NCBI RefSeq assembly: GCF_016432865.1
Contig: NC_067399.1
Coordinates: forward strand, 578,894,001-578,958,000
Direction of reading: 5' to 3'
DNA: 64,000 bases
Source of the DNA: Antechinus flavipes
Taxonomy: Eukaryota
Below the pieces are notes generated by a model. It was not told the DNA's origin, did not search any database, and worked only from the letters and a program-made list of their open reading frames with translations. The translations under genes were made by a program, and so were the position numbers. Shown here one piece after another: positions 1 to 13,600 of the stretch. Within the stretch, counting starts at the first letter, position 1, and each line of letters begins with the position of its first letter.

Positions 1-422
1 GCTGCTGACCCCAAATTTAGCTCTCTTTCTGCCCTACTCTTTTTGGAATCATCATAATTCACTAGTGGAGGAGAAATGGCAAATTATAATAATCCTACTT
101 TGCTCTTAAGCTGTCTTTGCTTCCATTTCAGATATAATTTATCAATTAATTTATAACTCTTAAATTTCATAAAAATCCTCATTCCGATAGATTGCTCAAT
201 CGCTTTTTTTGTGAACAATGAAGGAATTTTATTGTTGCATTCTACACCACAATTCTCTAGAAAGACATTTGCTCTAATATGACAATTGGCTGCTTGCTTT
301 TGATCTTAAACTTCCATTTAGGACAGACTGGATACAAGTCTATCCCAAATCCCCTTCTATTTTTCTTTGCCTCCTAGTCTTATCCTTTGGCAGTTATTTG
401 TGATCTTCTAACAAGGTACTTA

Positions 423-660
423 GGGCATCTGGGTGGTGCAGTGGACGGAATGCTGAGCCTGGAATCAGAAGGACTTGAATTTAAATCTAGCCTCAGACAC
501 TTAATAGTTGTGTGACCTTGAGTAAGTCACCTTTTGGCCTCAGTTTCCTCATCTGTGAAATGAACTAGAGGAGGAAATGGCAGACCATTGCAGTATCCTT
601 GCCAAGAAAATCCTTGATGAGGTCATGGAGAATCAGTCAGTGCTGAAACAATTGGACATC
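423..660 (+). mobile_element. MAR1-type CORE-SINE
   Basis: tRNA-like head, CORE (gtgaccttgagtaagtcac...cctcagtttcctcatctgt) and gaaatggca...agtatccttgccaagaaaa tail. Confidence 0.75.
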
Positions 661-1155
661 AAAAGCACTGTGACTCTGGACAAAGCATTTAGACTATAAG
701 CATCTGTTTCCTTTTACATGGCTAAAATGACTGAACAAATCCATTGAAAATCAATTTTTCTGACTTGTTTTCTTCCTATCAAGACATGGGAGCACCTGCA
801 GTGAAGGAAAGAAAGTAGGATATCTGTATTAGGAAGCAAATTGAAATAAAATTGAGACATTTTAATAATTGAATGAAATGTGTTTTAAAATGTATCATAC
901 TTACTAGGATTCTGAAAAACTTACATCTTAGAGTACCCTGATTTAGTTGTAGGTGTCCTAATTAAATTATCCATATAGTAAACTTTATATACTTATGGGG
1001 CAACATATTATGAAGGAAAAAAGCCAAGGACCTGAATTCTGATCTTACTTCTCATGTGAGATGTAAAACTAGGGTTGACCCTCAGAAAAATACAACTTTC
1101 TACAATTTAGCATCAAATGAAATGAAATACTCACTTTATCCTTTATGTATTTTAG

Positions 1156-1652
1156 GTGCTGATTCTTCTGGGATATCAAATGCCAAAACATGCATTATTT
1201 CATTTTCTAAAAAAGAGAGAGTGGTCACCTTACCTAAAGCACCTGTGTCACCCAGGATCAAGAAACGAAGGAAGAGGAATTTCAAAGATGTTACTAATAC
1301 ATCTTCAGTGAAAACACCTAGTAAATCTTGGCCTTTTCAAACCAGTAGTATTACTAAGGGTTCTTCAGCTGTACTTGGAGGAGATGTTTTGTGCAGCCCA
1401 AACATTCCAAGGCTTTCACATGAAAATTTAGAAAATTCCAGTTTCACTAGTAGCTTTCTAGGAAAAAAACAAGATGTTGATTTTGATAGTGATGAGGAAA
1501 GTTTAGATTGCAAACTGGAAAGTGACGAGGAGGAAGATGATGTATTAAAGCCACTTCAACAATTGATGTCTTTGAATTCTAGTCAACCTGCATCTCCAGA
1601 AGAACCTTTTGTTCTTTCAGAAAAGCCTAGAGCATTATCATCAGACAATTCA
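1156..1652 (+). CDS. SLF2: SLF2 coding exon (approx. exon 5); low-complexity S/D/E-rich, with a basic KKRRKR stretch
   Basis: tttag acceptor with CTCAC branch point about 25 nt upstream; CA|gtaagt donor; open frame (ORF 1056-1685). An in-frame alternative acceptor at 1111 is possible. Confidence 0.85.
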
Positions 1653-4600
1653 GTAAGTGGTTCTGTTTTATTAGTATTACTTTGAAAGAGGGAAAATAGT
1701 TTAAGGAAAAGCAGTGATTGACTTTAAAAAAAAAAAAATGCTGGGGCAGCTAGATAGTGCAGTGGATAGATAGAGTGTTGGCCCTCTAATTGGGAGGACC
1801 TAAATTCAAATACAGCTTCAGGCAAGTCACTTAAGCCCAATTGCTTCACAACCTCTCTCCCCCAAAAATAAATTTTAAAATAATGGGTTTATTATATTCT
1901 TAGTTTAGCAAATAAGTTCCCTATATATTTTTAGTTTTTGTCCTTTCCAAGTAAAGTTAAGATGTAGAGATGTCAAGAATTAAAGGCAAGATAATTATAT
2001 CTTGGGAGAAGAGCTGAACTAAATTCTAAAATATGTTTTTGAAATTTGGTTGTTGAATAACTACCTATGAATTCATTTGGGTGGTGGCACTACTTTAGAA
2101 TTTGTTTTTTATTGAGCTCAAAATATAATTAAGAAGTGGATCTGAGATATGACACTGAGATTTGAATTCATGGGCTCTGTTGTTTATGATCTAAGGTTAG
2201 TATTATATAAAGAAGACAAGAATGGATTATTGAATATCTTAGTATTAAAATCTCTAATTTGACAATAGTGTCAGAAGTCACTTTAAAGAAGCATGTCCAG
2301 ATTGCTTGCTGTCTTGGGAAGGGGGGAGTAAGGGAGGGAGAGAGAAAAATTTGGAACACCAAATTTTACAAAATTGAATGTTAAAAAACTATTTACATAT
2401 TTGGAAAAATAAAACACTGTTGATTTACAAAGCAAATAATAAAACAAAAAAAAGTTATCAGTTTTAGCATGCGTAGAAGGCATGGAATAGAAAATGATCT
2501 AATTCCTGAATAGTGATTCCCCAAATAGCCTTATTCTGACATTAAAAGCTATGTTACAAGTATATTTCAAATTTTCTTTTCATTGTAGATAAGCATTCGT
2601 TACCAGTGTTTTGAGAACCCCTTAGAGCACATAATAAAGGAGAACGAAAATCCTCCAAGGTTAGCACTATGTTTTATTTGATTAGATTAACCATCCTTCA
2701 TATGCAGCATGGCTTCACTAAACTCAGCGTTGTGTGGTCCTAGACTAAACTTTCTCTACCAGCAGAGAGCTCATCAGACTTGTACAAATGAAAAGAGACT
2801 CAGTTTTTGTAGCTTTCTTTGTCTACAAAGACATCCAAGATTGGTAGATAATGGTTTCCTTAAATCCTGACTTGAGGGTAACTAGTGGTGAAATATGTCT
2901 CTCTCTTGTTGACAGAGAAGCAGTGGATAACAGAAGTAAATTGGGTCATATTCTAAGGATGATATACATTAACTAGTTCATTGGATTGTGTTGGTTTATT
3001 TTGCTTCACTAACATTGTATTGCAGTGAAGGGTTCTGTTGGATAGAGACAGATCATCATCGGGAATTGATAATGACCAATAAGAAAAACATAAAATACTT
3101 GATTTTTTAAAATGGTATCTCTTCATATCTGAGATGCATTATCTTATTCATTGACTAAGCTTATTTTACAACAATATATTACCTTATTAAATGGCATTAT
3201 AAAATATTTTTTTATTTTACACAACTATAACACCTGATTAATAGGACAAAGTCTTAGGATCAAAAACACAAGTAAAAATTTTATTTGTATTTCAGTGTTC
3301 CTTGTATAGTGCTAACAGACATAATTTTCTGTCCTTAAAAGTTGATTCTTACTTGTTAATTCTAGATTATATATTTGATGGGTCTGTAGAAAACATGATT
3401 AAAAGAACTTAAACCTGCTGAGAAACTCAATTAACAATCTAAAAACTTTTTATTGTTTGGCCAATATAAAATAAAGGAAAATGCTAAAAGTCACATGTAA
3501 ACAAAGCTGCTGGCTCCCTTCCCTTGGGACTTTGTACTCCATTTGTCATAAATTATTTAGGACAATTTTCAAGATAATATTGAACTATTGGAAGATAGAG
3601 GAAATTTGTTGCAAGATTAACATTGACCATTTTAGAACATTAACTGGGGACAAGAATACTCAATTTATAGGCATAACATGTTTTAGAGAATTCAACTAAA
3701 ATGGATTTTACATTTTGCTTTGAATCATAACTTGGTTTGTGAAATGACTAGATTTTCTTATAGTAAGGTATTTTATAACAAAGGCTTTCTTGTATGTTGT
3801 AACTAGTCATAAAAATTGAGAGGTCTTTAAAATACAAATTGTATTTGTCATGTTAATCTTCTATCTCTCCTAGGTCAGATGAATGGGAAAAAGAGCTAAA
3901 GGACGATATAGTGAAAGGTCAGGGAATAAAAACCCTAATTGAGATAGAAGAGTCAGAAAATACAGATGACAGTGGAGAACTCCAAGAAGAGCATAGGTAA
4001 AAAGTTTTTATAAACATATACTTAATTTCATTTATGTTTCAAATTCTATATAGTACTCAAATCAACAGATTTAATTCCATCTTGTGATACTGCTAGTTAG
4101 TTTGTAAGCATTGATGATGTGGGTTATGATGAGTTGACACCATGAAGGCCCCATTTCTCAGTGCCTTTATTTCCTGACTCAGTTCAACTTTTTCTCAGAC
4201 AGCCATGACTTGCTAGCTAATAGCAAAAAAAGAGACAAGTTTACACAGACCCTAAGGTTATACATTATTTCATGTTAATCTCCCTGATCAAAGATTGACT
4301 TAAAGCATTAGGTTAGGATCAGGGATGTATAGTGGAAAGATTTAAATTTGGATTTGGATTTGAACTCCAAGGAACTTGGGTCTGAATAACCTCAATTATA
4401 AAGTCTCATGTTTCCTCTTCCACATAGAGTGATTATAAGAAAAGTGCTTTGCAGAATTTAGAGCAGTGACATAAAAGTGAAATATCATTTAAAATTTACT
4501 TTGTATAAGAGTTTTTAAAACACTATTAGAGCTACTTATTTTGTAGATGAGGAGAATGAGCCCTGACAAGTAAAATAATTTGCTCATAGAACCCAAACTA

Positions 4601-7600
4601 TTGCACCTTGGATTTCCTGATTGACTAGTATACTTTGCTATCTCCAAATTTGGCTTAATCTGAGCATACTTTTAACATTTAGTCCTCCACAAAAGTTGAT
4701 GAAAATGAAACATCAGAAGCAGAAATTGATATTCACCTGAATTTTTAAAATTTATTTTGTACTAATACTGTTCTAGTCTTCAATAATACATTTTTTGTCT
4801 TTTGCTTTTTTTTTATAGGGAGTTTATAAGGAAATTCTTCATTGCTCTTGATACTATTCCTGATTGTCATCCTGGTGAAGAAATATTTCACTTTTTTGAT
4901 TTTGGAAAAATTTTCACTCAATATACACTGGACTTAAGGGACTATAATTTTGTTCCAAAGAATGCTATTGAAGATCTTATCCTTAAGTAAGAATAGCAAC
5001 AAAGAAAATTTACAATGTAAAATAAAAAATACTGTACACATACAAGCATTGCAATTTTAATTTGCTCTTAAACATTATTCTTCTCAGAGAATGGTTACTT
5101 TTTATAACCTGTCTGGTATACTCTTAAACTTACCAGACAGGTTATAAAAAGTAATATTTGCTTCATATTTTGTCTGATTAAAAATAGAAGTTGGCAAGAC
5201 AGTTCATTATGATACTTATCCAAAATTGGTGCAGTCAGTCCCAGGAAATCTTTTCTTTTAGATAATGGGTTCCAGGGAGTCTAGCGGAACATTGTCATTC
5301 CATATCTGAGGAGAATGCAAGTAAAAATCCCAAACTTGAAGAGTGGCAGTTACACTTGAGCCTTCTCAAGTAGGTTTTTATCCCAGAGCTTCTGGTATCA
5401 GCCCCTCTGTTTGACACTCAGTGATCCTGGAATATTTACTTATATGGTGCAAAGAGAGTCTAAATGGAATTTCAGACTCCTCTGCAAGAGAACTAAAGGC
5501 ATTTCAAAGGAGTAGAGAGTAACAAGTGGAAACAACTGTTGGGGGAGGAGAGGTGTTTTGGAACTGAAAGGTATCTTAGGATCATAAAGTGGAGAGCTGT
5601 AAGGGACCTTTTTAGAAGTCATCATTCCAGCCTGGTTCTTTCATCTGACAGGTGAAGAAACTAAGACCAATCATTTGCTTTTGCCCTTGTCCCTTTCTGA
5701 CATGTAGATAATCAAGGTCCAGGTAGGGATAGGGATGCACATGGTGTGTGATGTTCCAAAAGCAATTGTGAATAGCGGTTGGAGGAACCTAAACTAAAAA
5801 AGGTAAATTGTGTTGAACAAGTTATGTATTTATGACTGGTGTTGTTAATCAGCTGCAATGGGAGAGATCATTGTGTATATACTAGCTAAACCAGGATCTT
5901 TTTCATTTCCAGTTGAATGATACTTCCAATGTCCTAAGGTATAATACTGGTTTTCCTTTTTTTTTTTTTTTTTTCTCTTATTTTGCAGATCAGGAAAAGC
6001 ACAGCAAATTTTTTTAACAACACAAGGATATCTCAGCACTGCCTATCACTACATCCAGTGTCCTATACCTGTGTTAAAGTGGCTGTTTCAGGTGAGAAGA
6101 ATAATGGACTTGCCTCATTTTTGGGGTTATCTTCCTTTATGAGGTTATAAATTCCTGGAAGACAAGGAAATATGTCTTATTGACCTTTTTATCTACCATT
6201 GCATCTAGCACAATAATTTGTTCACAGTAAGTGCTAGATAAATTTGTTTGAATGAGTTGAAGTTCATTAGAAAGGTGTTAGAAAGTAAGAAGCATTATCC
6301 TAAATCAGCCAACAGCATTTATTAAGTACCTGCAATGTACTGGCCCCTGTTAGACATTTGGGAGACAGACACAAATGCAGTGGTCCCTGTTGTCAAGGAA
6401 GGGAGGAAAGCAAGTAACAAAAAATTCACTGCTTAGTATCTGAGATCCTCCTTGCCAAGCACTGTATTGGGAGACAAGTCAAAAGTATGAAATATTCCTT
6501 ACTTGGAAGAGAATTGAATTTTTAATGGGGACACATTGGCTACATGTGTAGCCATACATATGTGTAGCATACATATGTATGACACATGTAAGTATATTCA
6601 AATATAAATATAAGGTATTTTGGGTAAGGGCACTAGTAGCTGAGAGAATCAGGAAAGTCTTCATGTGGTCTTTAGACTGAGCTTGGAAATATATTAGGGA
6701 TACTAAGGGACTCAGATGAAGAGGAGTAGATTGTAGGAATGAGGAACAGCTATGAAGATGGAATGTTGTGTCTGGGGAACTTCGAGAAAGAAATCCCCAT
6801 TGATAATGTCTGTCATGGCTAAAAAGGTAGGTTGCAAAAGGCTTAAAATTCCCAATAGAAGAATTTCTGTTTGAAGCTTATTGAGCAAGAGAGGGTTGTG
6901 GTCAGACTTGTGCTTTAGACATATCACTTGGGCAGTGGAGAGCTTGGAAGCAGAGAGGCCAGTGAGGAGGCTGTTGAGAGATGACAAGAGTCTCAGTTAA
7001 GGTGAAGGCAGTGTGTGAAGAGAATGGGACAGATGTGAAAAAAAAATTGGGTCAGTAGATTCAAAGAAATTTGACAACTAATATGTGAAGTGAGAATGAG
7101 AAATTGAAGATGACTCTAGTCAGCAAACTGCTCATCATAATCTTAGTATTTTCTTCTCTCTGGGGTTTTTGTGACATGAAGTTTTTTCCCCAGTCCAATA
7201 GAAATGAGTTTAGAGATATGAGCAGAACCAGGAGATCATTATACACTTCAACAGCGATATTGTATGAGGATGTATTCTGATGGAAGTGGATTTCTTTGAC
7301 AAAGAGACCTAACTCAGTTTCAATTGATAAATGATGGACAGAAGCAGCTATATCCAAAGAAAGAACACTGGGAAATGAATGTGAACTATTTGCATTTTTG
7401 TTTTTCTTCCCAGGTTATTTTTTACCTTCTGAATCCAATTCTCCCTGTGCAACAAGACAACTGTTCGGTTTTGCAAACATATATTGTATCTAGGATATAC
7501 TGCAACATATCTAACATATATAGGACTGCTTGCCATCTAGGGGAGGGGGTGGAGGGAGGGAGGGGAAAAATCGGAACAGAAGCGAGTGCAAGGGATAATA

Positions 7601-10600
7601 TTGTAAAAAAAAATTACCCTGGCATGGATTCTGTCAATATAAAGTTATTATAAAATAAAATAAAATATATAGTAAGAAAAAAAAAGAAATTAGTTTAGAG
7701 ATAATGACTGGGGAATATGATGAATACTTTGATTAGTTAAGAAAAAAAAATTGACTTGATAAGGGACCTGAGTTCTAGTTCTCTGCCACTAACTAGGCAG
7801 CTAGATTATGACAGTGGATAGAGTGCCAGGCTTGGAGTTCAAATGTGATTCCAATACTTCTAGCTGTATGACCCTGAACAAGTCACTTAATTCTGTGGGC
7901 TTCAATTTTGTCATCTGTAAAATAAATTGAATGGCAAACCACCCAGTTATCTTTGTCAAGAAAACTCCACTTGGGATCTTGAAGAAAAAGACATGCCTGA
8001 AACAGGACTGAAGAGCAAAGCATTGAGACTTTGAGCAAACCATTTAGACTCTATAAGCATCAGTTTCCTTTTCTTTGAAATGACTGGCATAGACTAGGTG
8101 ATCCCTAAGGTCTCTTAAAATGTAACATTTTAGGATTATAAGATATGCTTGAGAAGTTTTAAGAGTTATAAGGGACTTTTTATATTATCTAGTCCGAAAC
8201 TCTTTATTTTATAGTTGACAAAACTGAGACCAAGAGAAGTGAGTGACGGCCACTCTCTTGGAGTTAGCTGGTTGCAGAGCCAAAGCCAGCACCTAATCTC
8301 ATCTCCTAATTCAGTAAACCTTCCACTAAACAATACTGCTAGTTCTACAAGTGGAAGGCACCTAATTTCATCTTCTCTAAATCTTCTGTATCTGCTTTTC
8401 CTTTGTTAGTCTTGTCGTGTTTTCTGGACCCTTCTTCCTGGTTGGTCACTGTTTTTTCAGTATCCTCCTTAATATAGAATTGAATATAATGTTCCAGGAA
8501 TGGTTTGGCCAGTAGTCTTCCTCATTGCTGATCTTGAAATTGCCATGAATGATCAGAAGATTTTTTTCTTTCCATTTTGCCTTCCCTCATCCCTGTTGAG
8601 TTACGTAAAACCTGATGGTGCCTATAGTTATAATTATACTTAATCCCATAGACAAAAACTAAACTGATCTACCAGCAGAGATGGTTGTAACAGCTGGTGG
8701 TCAGCTAAAACCTTAGATATGTTTTTGACATGTATTTCGTCAAACCAGGTTTCCTTTACTATGTCTTTTAGGGAGTAGATTTTTTAAAACCTCAAGCTTA
8801 AATTTGTCCTTGTTGCTCTGTTTCATAGTCATAGGTTGTTAGATCCAGAAAGAAGCCTGAAAAATCTCCCCCAGCTCTTGTTTTACAAATGGAAAAACTG
8901 AGCACCAGAGAAGGGAGGTGATTGGCTCAGGGTTGAACAGTTAGTCAGTAGCAGAAACAGCTGTCTTGTCTCTTCAGTCCAATGCATAAGGATCTGATTC
9001 CTAATGTCTTGTTTGCATAGTACTCCTCATACCTTCTTATCATGGGTAGCCTCATCAAGCTAGGAAACAGTATGGAAAATCAATTAGTATATCTGTGCTT
9101 TGCCCTTCAATTACTTCCAAATTTACCTAAGTATACTCTCAGCTAGATGGAACCTCTCTATCTTGTTCACAAGCATACCAGAAGAGAACTTCTCAGATGC
9201 TTCGTTTAAATCTAGGACCACCTTCCTCCCAATCTGTAGCATTCTTTGGTCCACCAGCCTATTGACTCTGAAAAAAAAAAAAAAAAAAAAAAAAAGCCAT
9301 ATGGTGCTCTTGAATTGTTGATCTTGGAATCCATTTAAAAAACCCAAATCTTTTTCATATCAGCTGCTTCCCCCATCCAAGCACCTCATGTGTACAACAT
9401 TCTGGCCACAGCTCTCTCTCTTTTTAAGTCATTTGTATTATGTTCAGTGTTTTGTGGCTTTGCTACTTAAAAATTATCAGATTGTGACCTGCTAACGTGA
9501 CCATCCATAGCTGAGACTAGCACAGTCTGTTGTCTTTAGCTTTTCACACATGCTGCCTTTCTCTTCTCATCACAAAACACATGAAATTGCTAAGGTTTTA
9601 ATTGTGCTTTCCTGTAAATTTTGTGTAAAAAAATTAAATGATGATTTTCTTTTGACAGATGATGTCTGTTCACACAGATTGTATCGTTTCTATACAACTT
9701 TTGAATACATTAATAAACATAACAATTAGAAACGGTAAGTATGCAGATATGTTGTTTATGTCTTGTCAGTATAGAGCTGTTAGACTGGGTGCTTTGGGAT
9801 TAGGTGGAGGGAGGTGGGGTGAGTAAAGGGGAGAATAAGAATTTATATACTATGTAGTGTATGCTATGAATTATGCTAAGTACCTTTTCCAAAAAAAAGA
9901 CATCTCATTTCATCTTTAAAACAATCCTGTGAAGTAGGTGCTGTTATTTCCTCTATTTTACTTTTGAGGAAACTAAGTTAAACAGGCGAAGCATCTTGCT
10001 CAGGGATCATATAGCTAGTAAGCTGGAGCTGAGGTTTTCCTGACTCTAAGCCAGTACTTGATCCACTGTGCCTCCAGCTGCCTCTGGAAAGGATTAAATG
10101 TGTTTAGTGATTTAAATTGCTTGTATAATTTCAGAATGTGTAGTAATGGAGTGAGGTGCTCATGATCTGTTTCTGATCAAAGTTAAAAAGAGTATCTGTG
10201 TGTTCCAGTTGTACAGGAGAAAAGAGTTTCCAAATCATTTAAGTGACAGCCCTAATTGGGTAATTTCCCAGCTTGTGGGTTGCTTTGCCAGAAGTGTTGG
10301 TATAATTGGAAGTTAAAAATTAATTGGGATGTAGTCAACAGCAACAAACAGTATTACACTGAGAAACAGATTGGCATAATGCACCGTGATAAGGATAACA
10401 GTTGTAGGCCAGTTTTAATTTTTTAGGGGGTGGAATTGCTGTTTTTGTGAGAAGACTTCTGCACATAGCAATATGTTCTTATTTGCCTGTGGATTATGTA
10501 GGTATGTAGAAGGTGATTTACCTATAATTTGATAAAAAGTGAAGCTCAAGAGCATTTTTATTTCTAAGTCTAGTTAAACATTAGTTTAACTAGATTAGGT

Positions 10601-13600
10601 AGATTAACTACTACAGGATTAGTAAATGTGGTTGAACAAAGAATGGTTTTCTTCTTGTCATCTTTTGAGCCATCGACTTTCTACATAATAGACTGTAGTA
10701 TGCCTTTCAAATATTTCAAGTTCTGTGAAACTCAATTTATTTACTATAAAATACTATTTTTCTATGTTATATTTCATCATGAAACTGGGACCATCTTGTA
10801 AAAATTTTTTTTCTAATTTGGGAAAATGTCTACAGTAATGGAGCTAATATTTTGTCTCTTTTTTTCTCTAGATACCACCAGTGGCTCATCAAGTTGGCCT
10901 TGGATTCCATCACTATCTGATATAGCAACTGTGTTTGTCAACATGGGAGTTAGTTTTAAGTGTTTATTTCCTGTGCAAAATCTTCAGCCTGTCTTTAATG
11001 AAGATATTTTGTAAGTTTTCTTACAGCTATTCACAGTTTACTAGCATTGATGTCTGAGGACAAGAAAGGATTTAAATTTTCAAACCATGGTATAGGAGGT
11101 TGTATTTCACAAATATTCTTGTATGTCCTGTGTACAGGAAATAGATAGAAATGTAGCCCAAGGACAACTGAATCATAACACAGTCAGGAGAAAATTTGCT
11201 GATCTTGATATATCTTTTTTGTCTAGAAAGTAGGTTGTGGCCAGAAGAGGGTTTTTAGACTAAGTGAATTTGAGGTTCTGGGAATAGCAGTTCCTTTTGA
11301 GATTGAATAGACAGTTCTTGCTTTATGTAAGTGGACTGTTTTGTAAAGTTCTACTTGAAGCAATTTTTATGTAATTTGATGACAGAAGTAGGAAACGAAG
11401 GGGGATTTCCATTTCTTGCCTGTGCAGGGAGAAGACAGAGAGGGCCAGCACATAGTTGAAGGATATATTGGGGCTGGGAACAGAGAAGGGAGTTCAGGAG
11501 AAGGGAGGATCAGGAGGAGGAATAACTGGAACTGAGAGGAAGAACATATTGGCGTCAGACACAGAGAGGAGAGGACAGGTGACATGTAGAAGTAGAGACA
11601 GACACTTAGGGAGTAGTTCATGGTGAAGGAGATAAGGAGATCTCTGCTCTGGAAGTGGTAGTAATCTCTTAGCAAGTCTGTTCTGCTTTCACTTGGAGGA
11701 GTTTGTGGGGGGGGGGAAGGAAGGTTGCAGACTACAATGCCAAGCTGAAGGGCAAGAATAGAGAGAGCATGTACTGTGGGGGGAGGGGAAGGTGTTGGAA
11801 TAGGGATTTTTTTCAGAATATCTTACATAAAGCTGAATTTGCAAAATGCAACTTTATAGAAAGAAGAGTGGGAGAAATGAATGGTAAGGTGATTGTGAGT
11901 AGAGAAAAAGACCATTTTCAATATATTTCCAAATTTTCCTCCTCTTACATCTGGCTGACATTTAAATGAGATATTTTAAAATACATTCTTATGCAAATGT
12001 CTGTAGATCAAAAAAAGCAATTCATGTGGTTAAACCTTAGCAGTTTAAAAGTTTTTTTTACCCAGTGACCTAGAATACCAGATTATGGGAGTCATGGAAT
12101 ACAATAAAAAGAGCTCTGAGTTGGGAATTGAGTCTTGCCAGTTTTATCCACTAACTAGCTGAGTGACATTGGATCCCTTCTAGACCAAGTGTTTCTCATG
12201 ATAAAATTGATATGTAAATTCTTTTTTAATATTAATATTCTATAGCTATAATTTTGTAAGCGCCTTAAAAGTTCAGATCTCTACCCTTTCCATGTGCTCT
12301 ATAGCACTAGTAAATACATTGGAGTTACTACATAATAAAAAGTAACCCATAATTTGGTCTTCTGCAGGTTTGACAACTTCTGATTAGCTATATGTGCATT
12401 CAATTTCGAAGTAATGTATATAGAGAGATAATTATTTTGAACTCAGTAGATTTCCCACTATAGCCTGCTAACTTATAACCTCTTCCATCATTCATTGTAT
12501 CAGCTCTGCCCTCATTAGGACCTGCAGTTTATCTGACACTCCCTAATTTGCTCAATTCTAACCACTTTAACCATATTAGATATTCTACTTAGACTAGACG
12601 CCACATTCAACCATTTTAATGATGCCCTTATTAACTTTCTGGATCTTCTTGGCCCTTTAAGCCGTAATTAATAATGGCCATGCATGGATCATTCTGACCA
12701 TCTATGTTTTTCATTCCTCCTTTTGACCTACAAAATATCACTGGAAAAAAATACAGACAGTGGATAAACATGGGCAGTAACAAACCCTGTTTAATTTCAG
12801 TTAGTAGGTACTTATTGCTATGTTCATTGGTCCTATTTTTCATCTCCCATAGATTCTTTTTTTTTTTTTTTTTTTTAAATTTGCTGAGGCAATTGGGGTT
12901 AAGTGACCTGCCCAGGGTCACACAGCTAGGAAGTGTTAAGTGTCTGAGACTAGATTTGAACTCAGGTCCTCCTGACTTCAAGGCTGGTGCTCTATCCACT
13001 GTACTATCTAGCTGCCCCTCCCATAGATTCTTTAGCATTTATTCCTACCAGTGGCTGTTCTCGAAAGTATTATTTACAGTAGTTATGATGGGATTGGCAG
13101 TGATAGTGTAAATATTTTTTACCTTTTTCAAATTTTCACTTTCACCATCTTTCAGTGCATAGTAAATACAGTGATCTCTACTAAGAAAATCTAGATTCCC
13201 CAGGTGGGAACTCATTCATCTAATTCCTTTTTGCTTCAACTTACTTCTTTCTCTTTTTTTCTTTCTGCCACAAAAAAAGTGATGCATTTCCATATTCCAG
13301 TATAACTCTTGTTGCTTTTACACTACTCCCTTTTGCCTTCTTGACCTTGTTTTCTCACAAAATTTCTTTTTTTTCCTTAATAGTATTTTACTTTTCCAAA
13401 TATATGTAAAGATATTTTTCAACATTCATTTTTTTTTATTTAAATTTTATTTTATTTAATAATAACTTTGTATTGACAGAATCCATGCCAGGGTCCCTTG
13501 CACTCGCTTATGTTTCGTTTTTTTCCCCTCCCTCCCTCCACCCCCCCCCAATGGCAAGCAGTCCTATATATGTTAAATATGTTGCAGTATATCCTAGATA

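Noticed and set aside
784-814. Possible SLF2 mini-exon (aag|ACATGG...GAAA|gtagga)
   Set aside because: The only phase that could join the 1156 exon contains a TGA stop.
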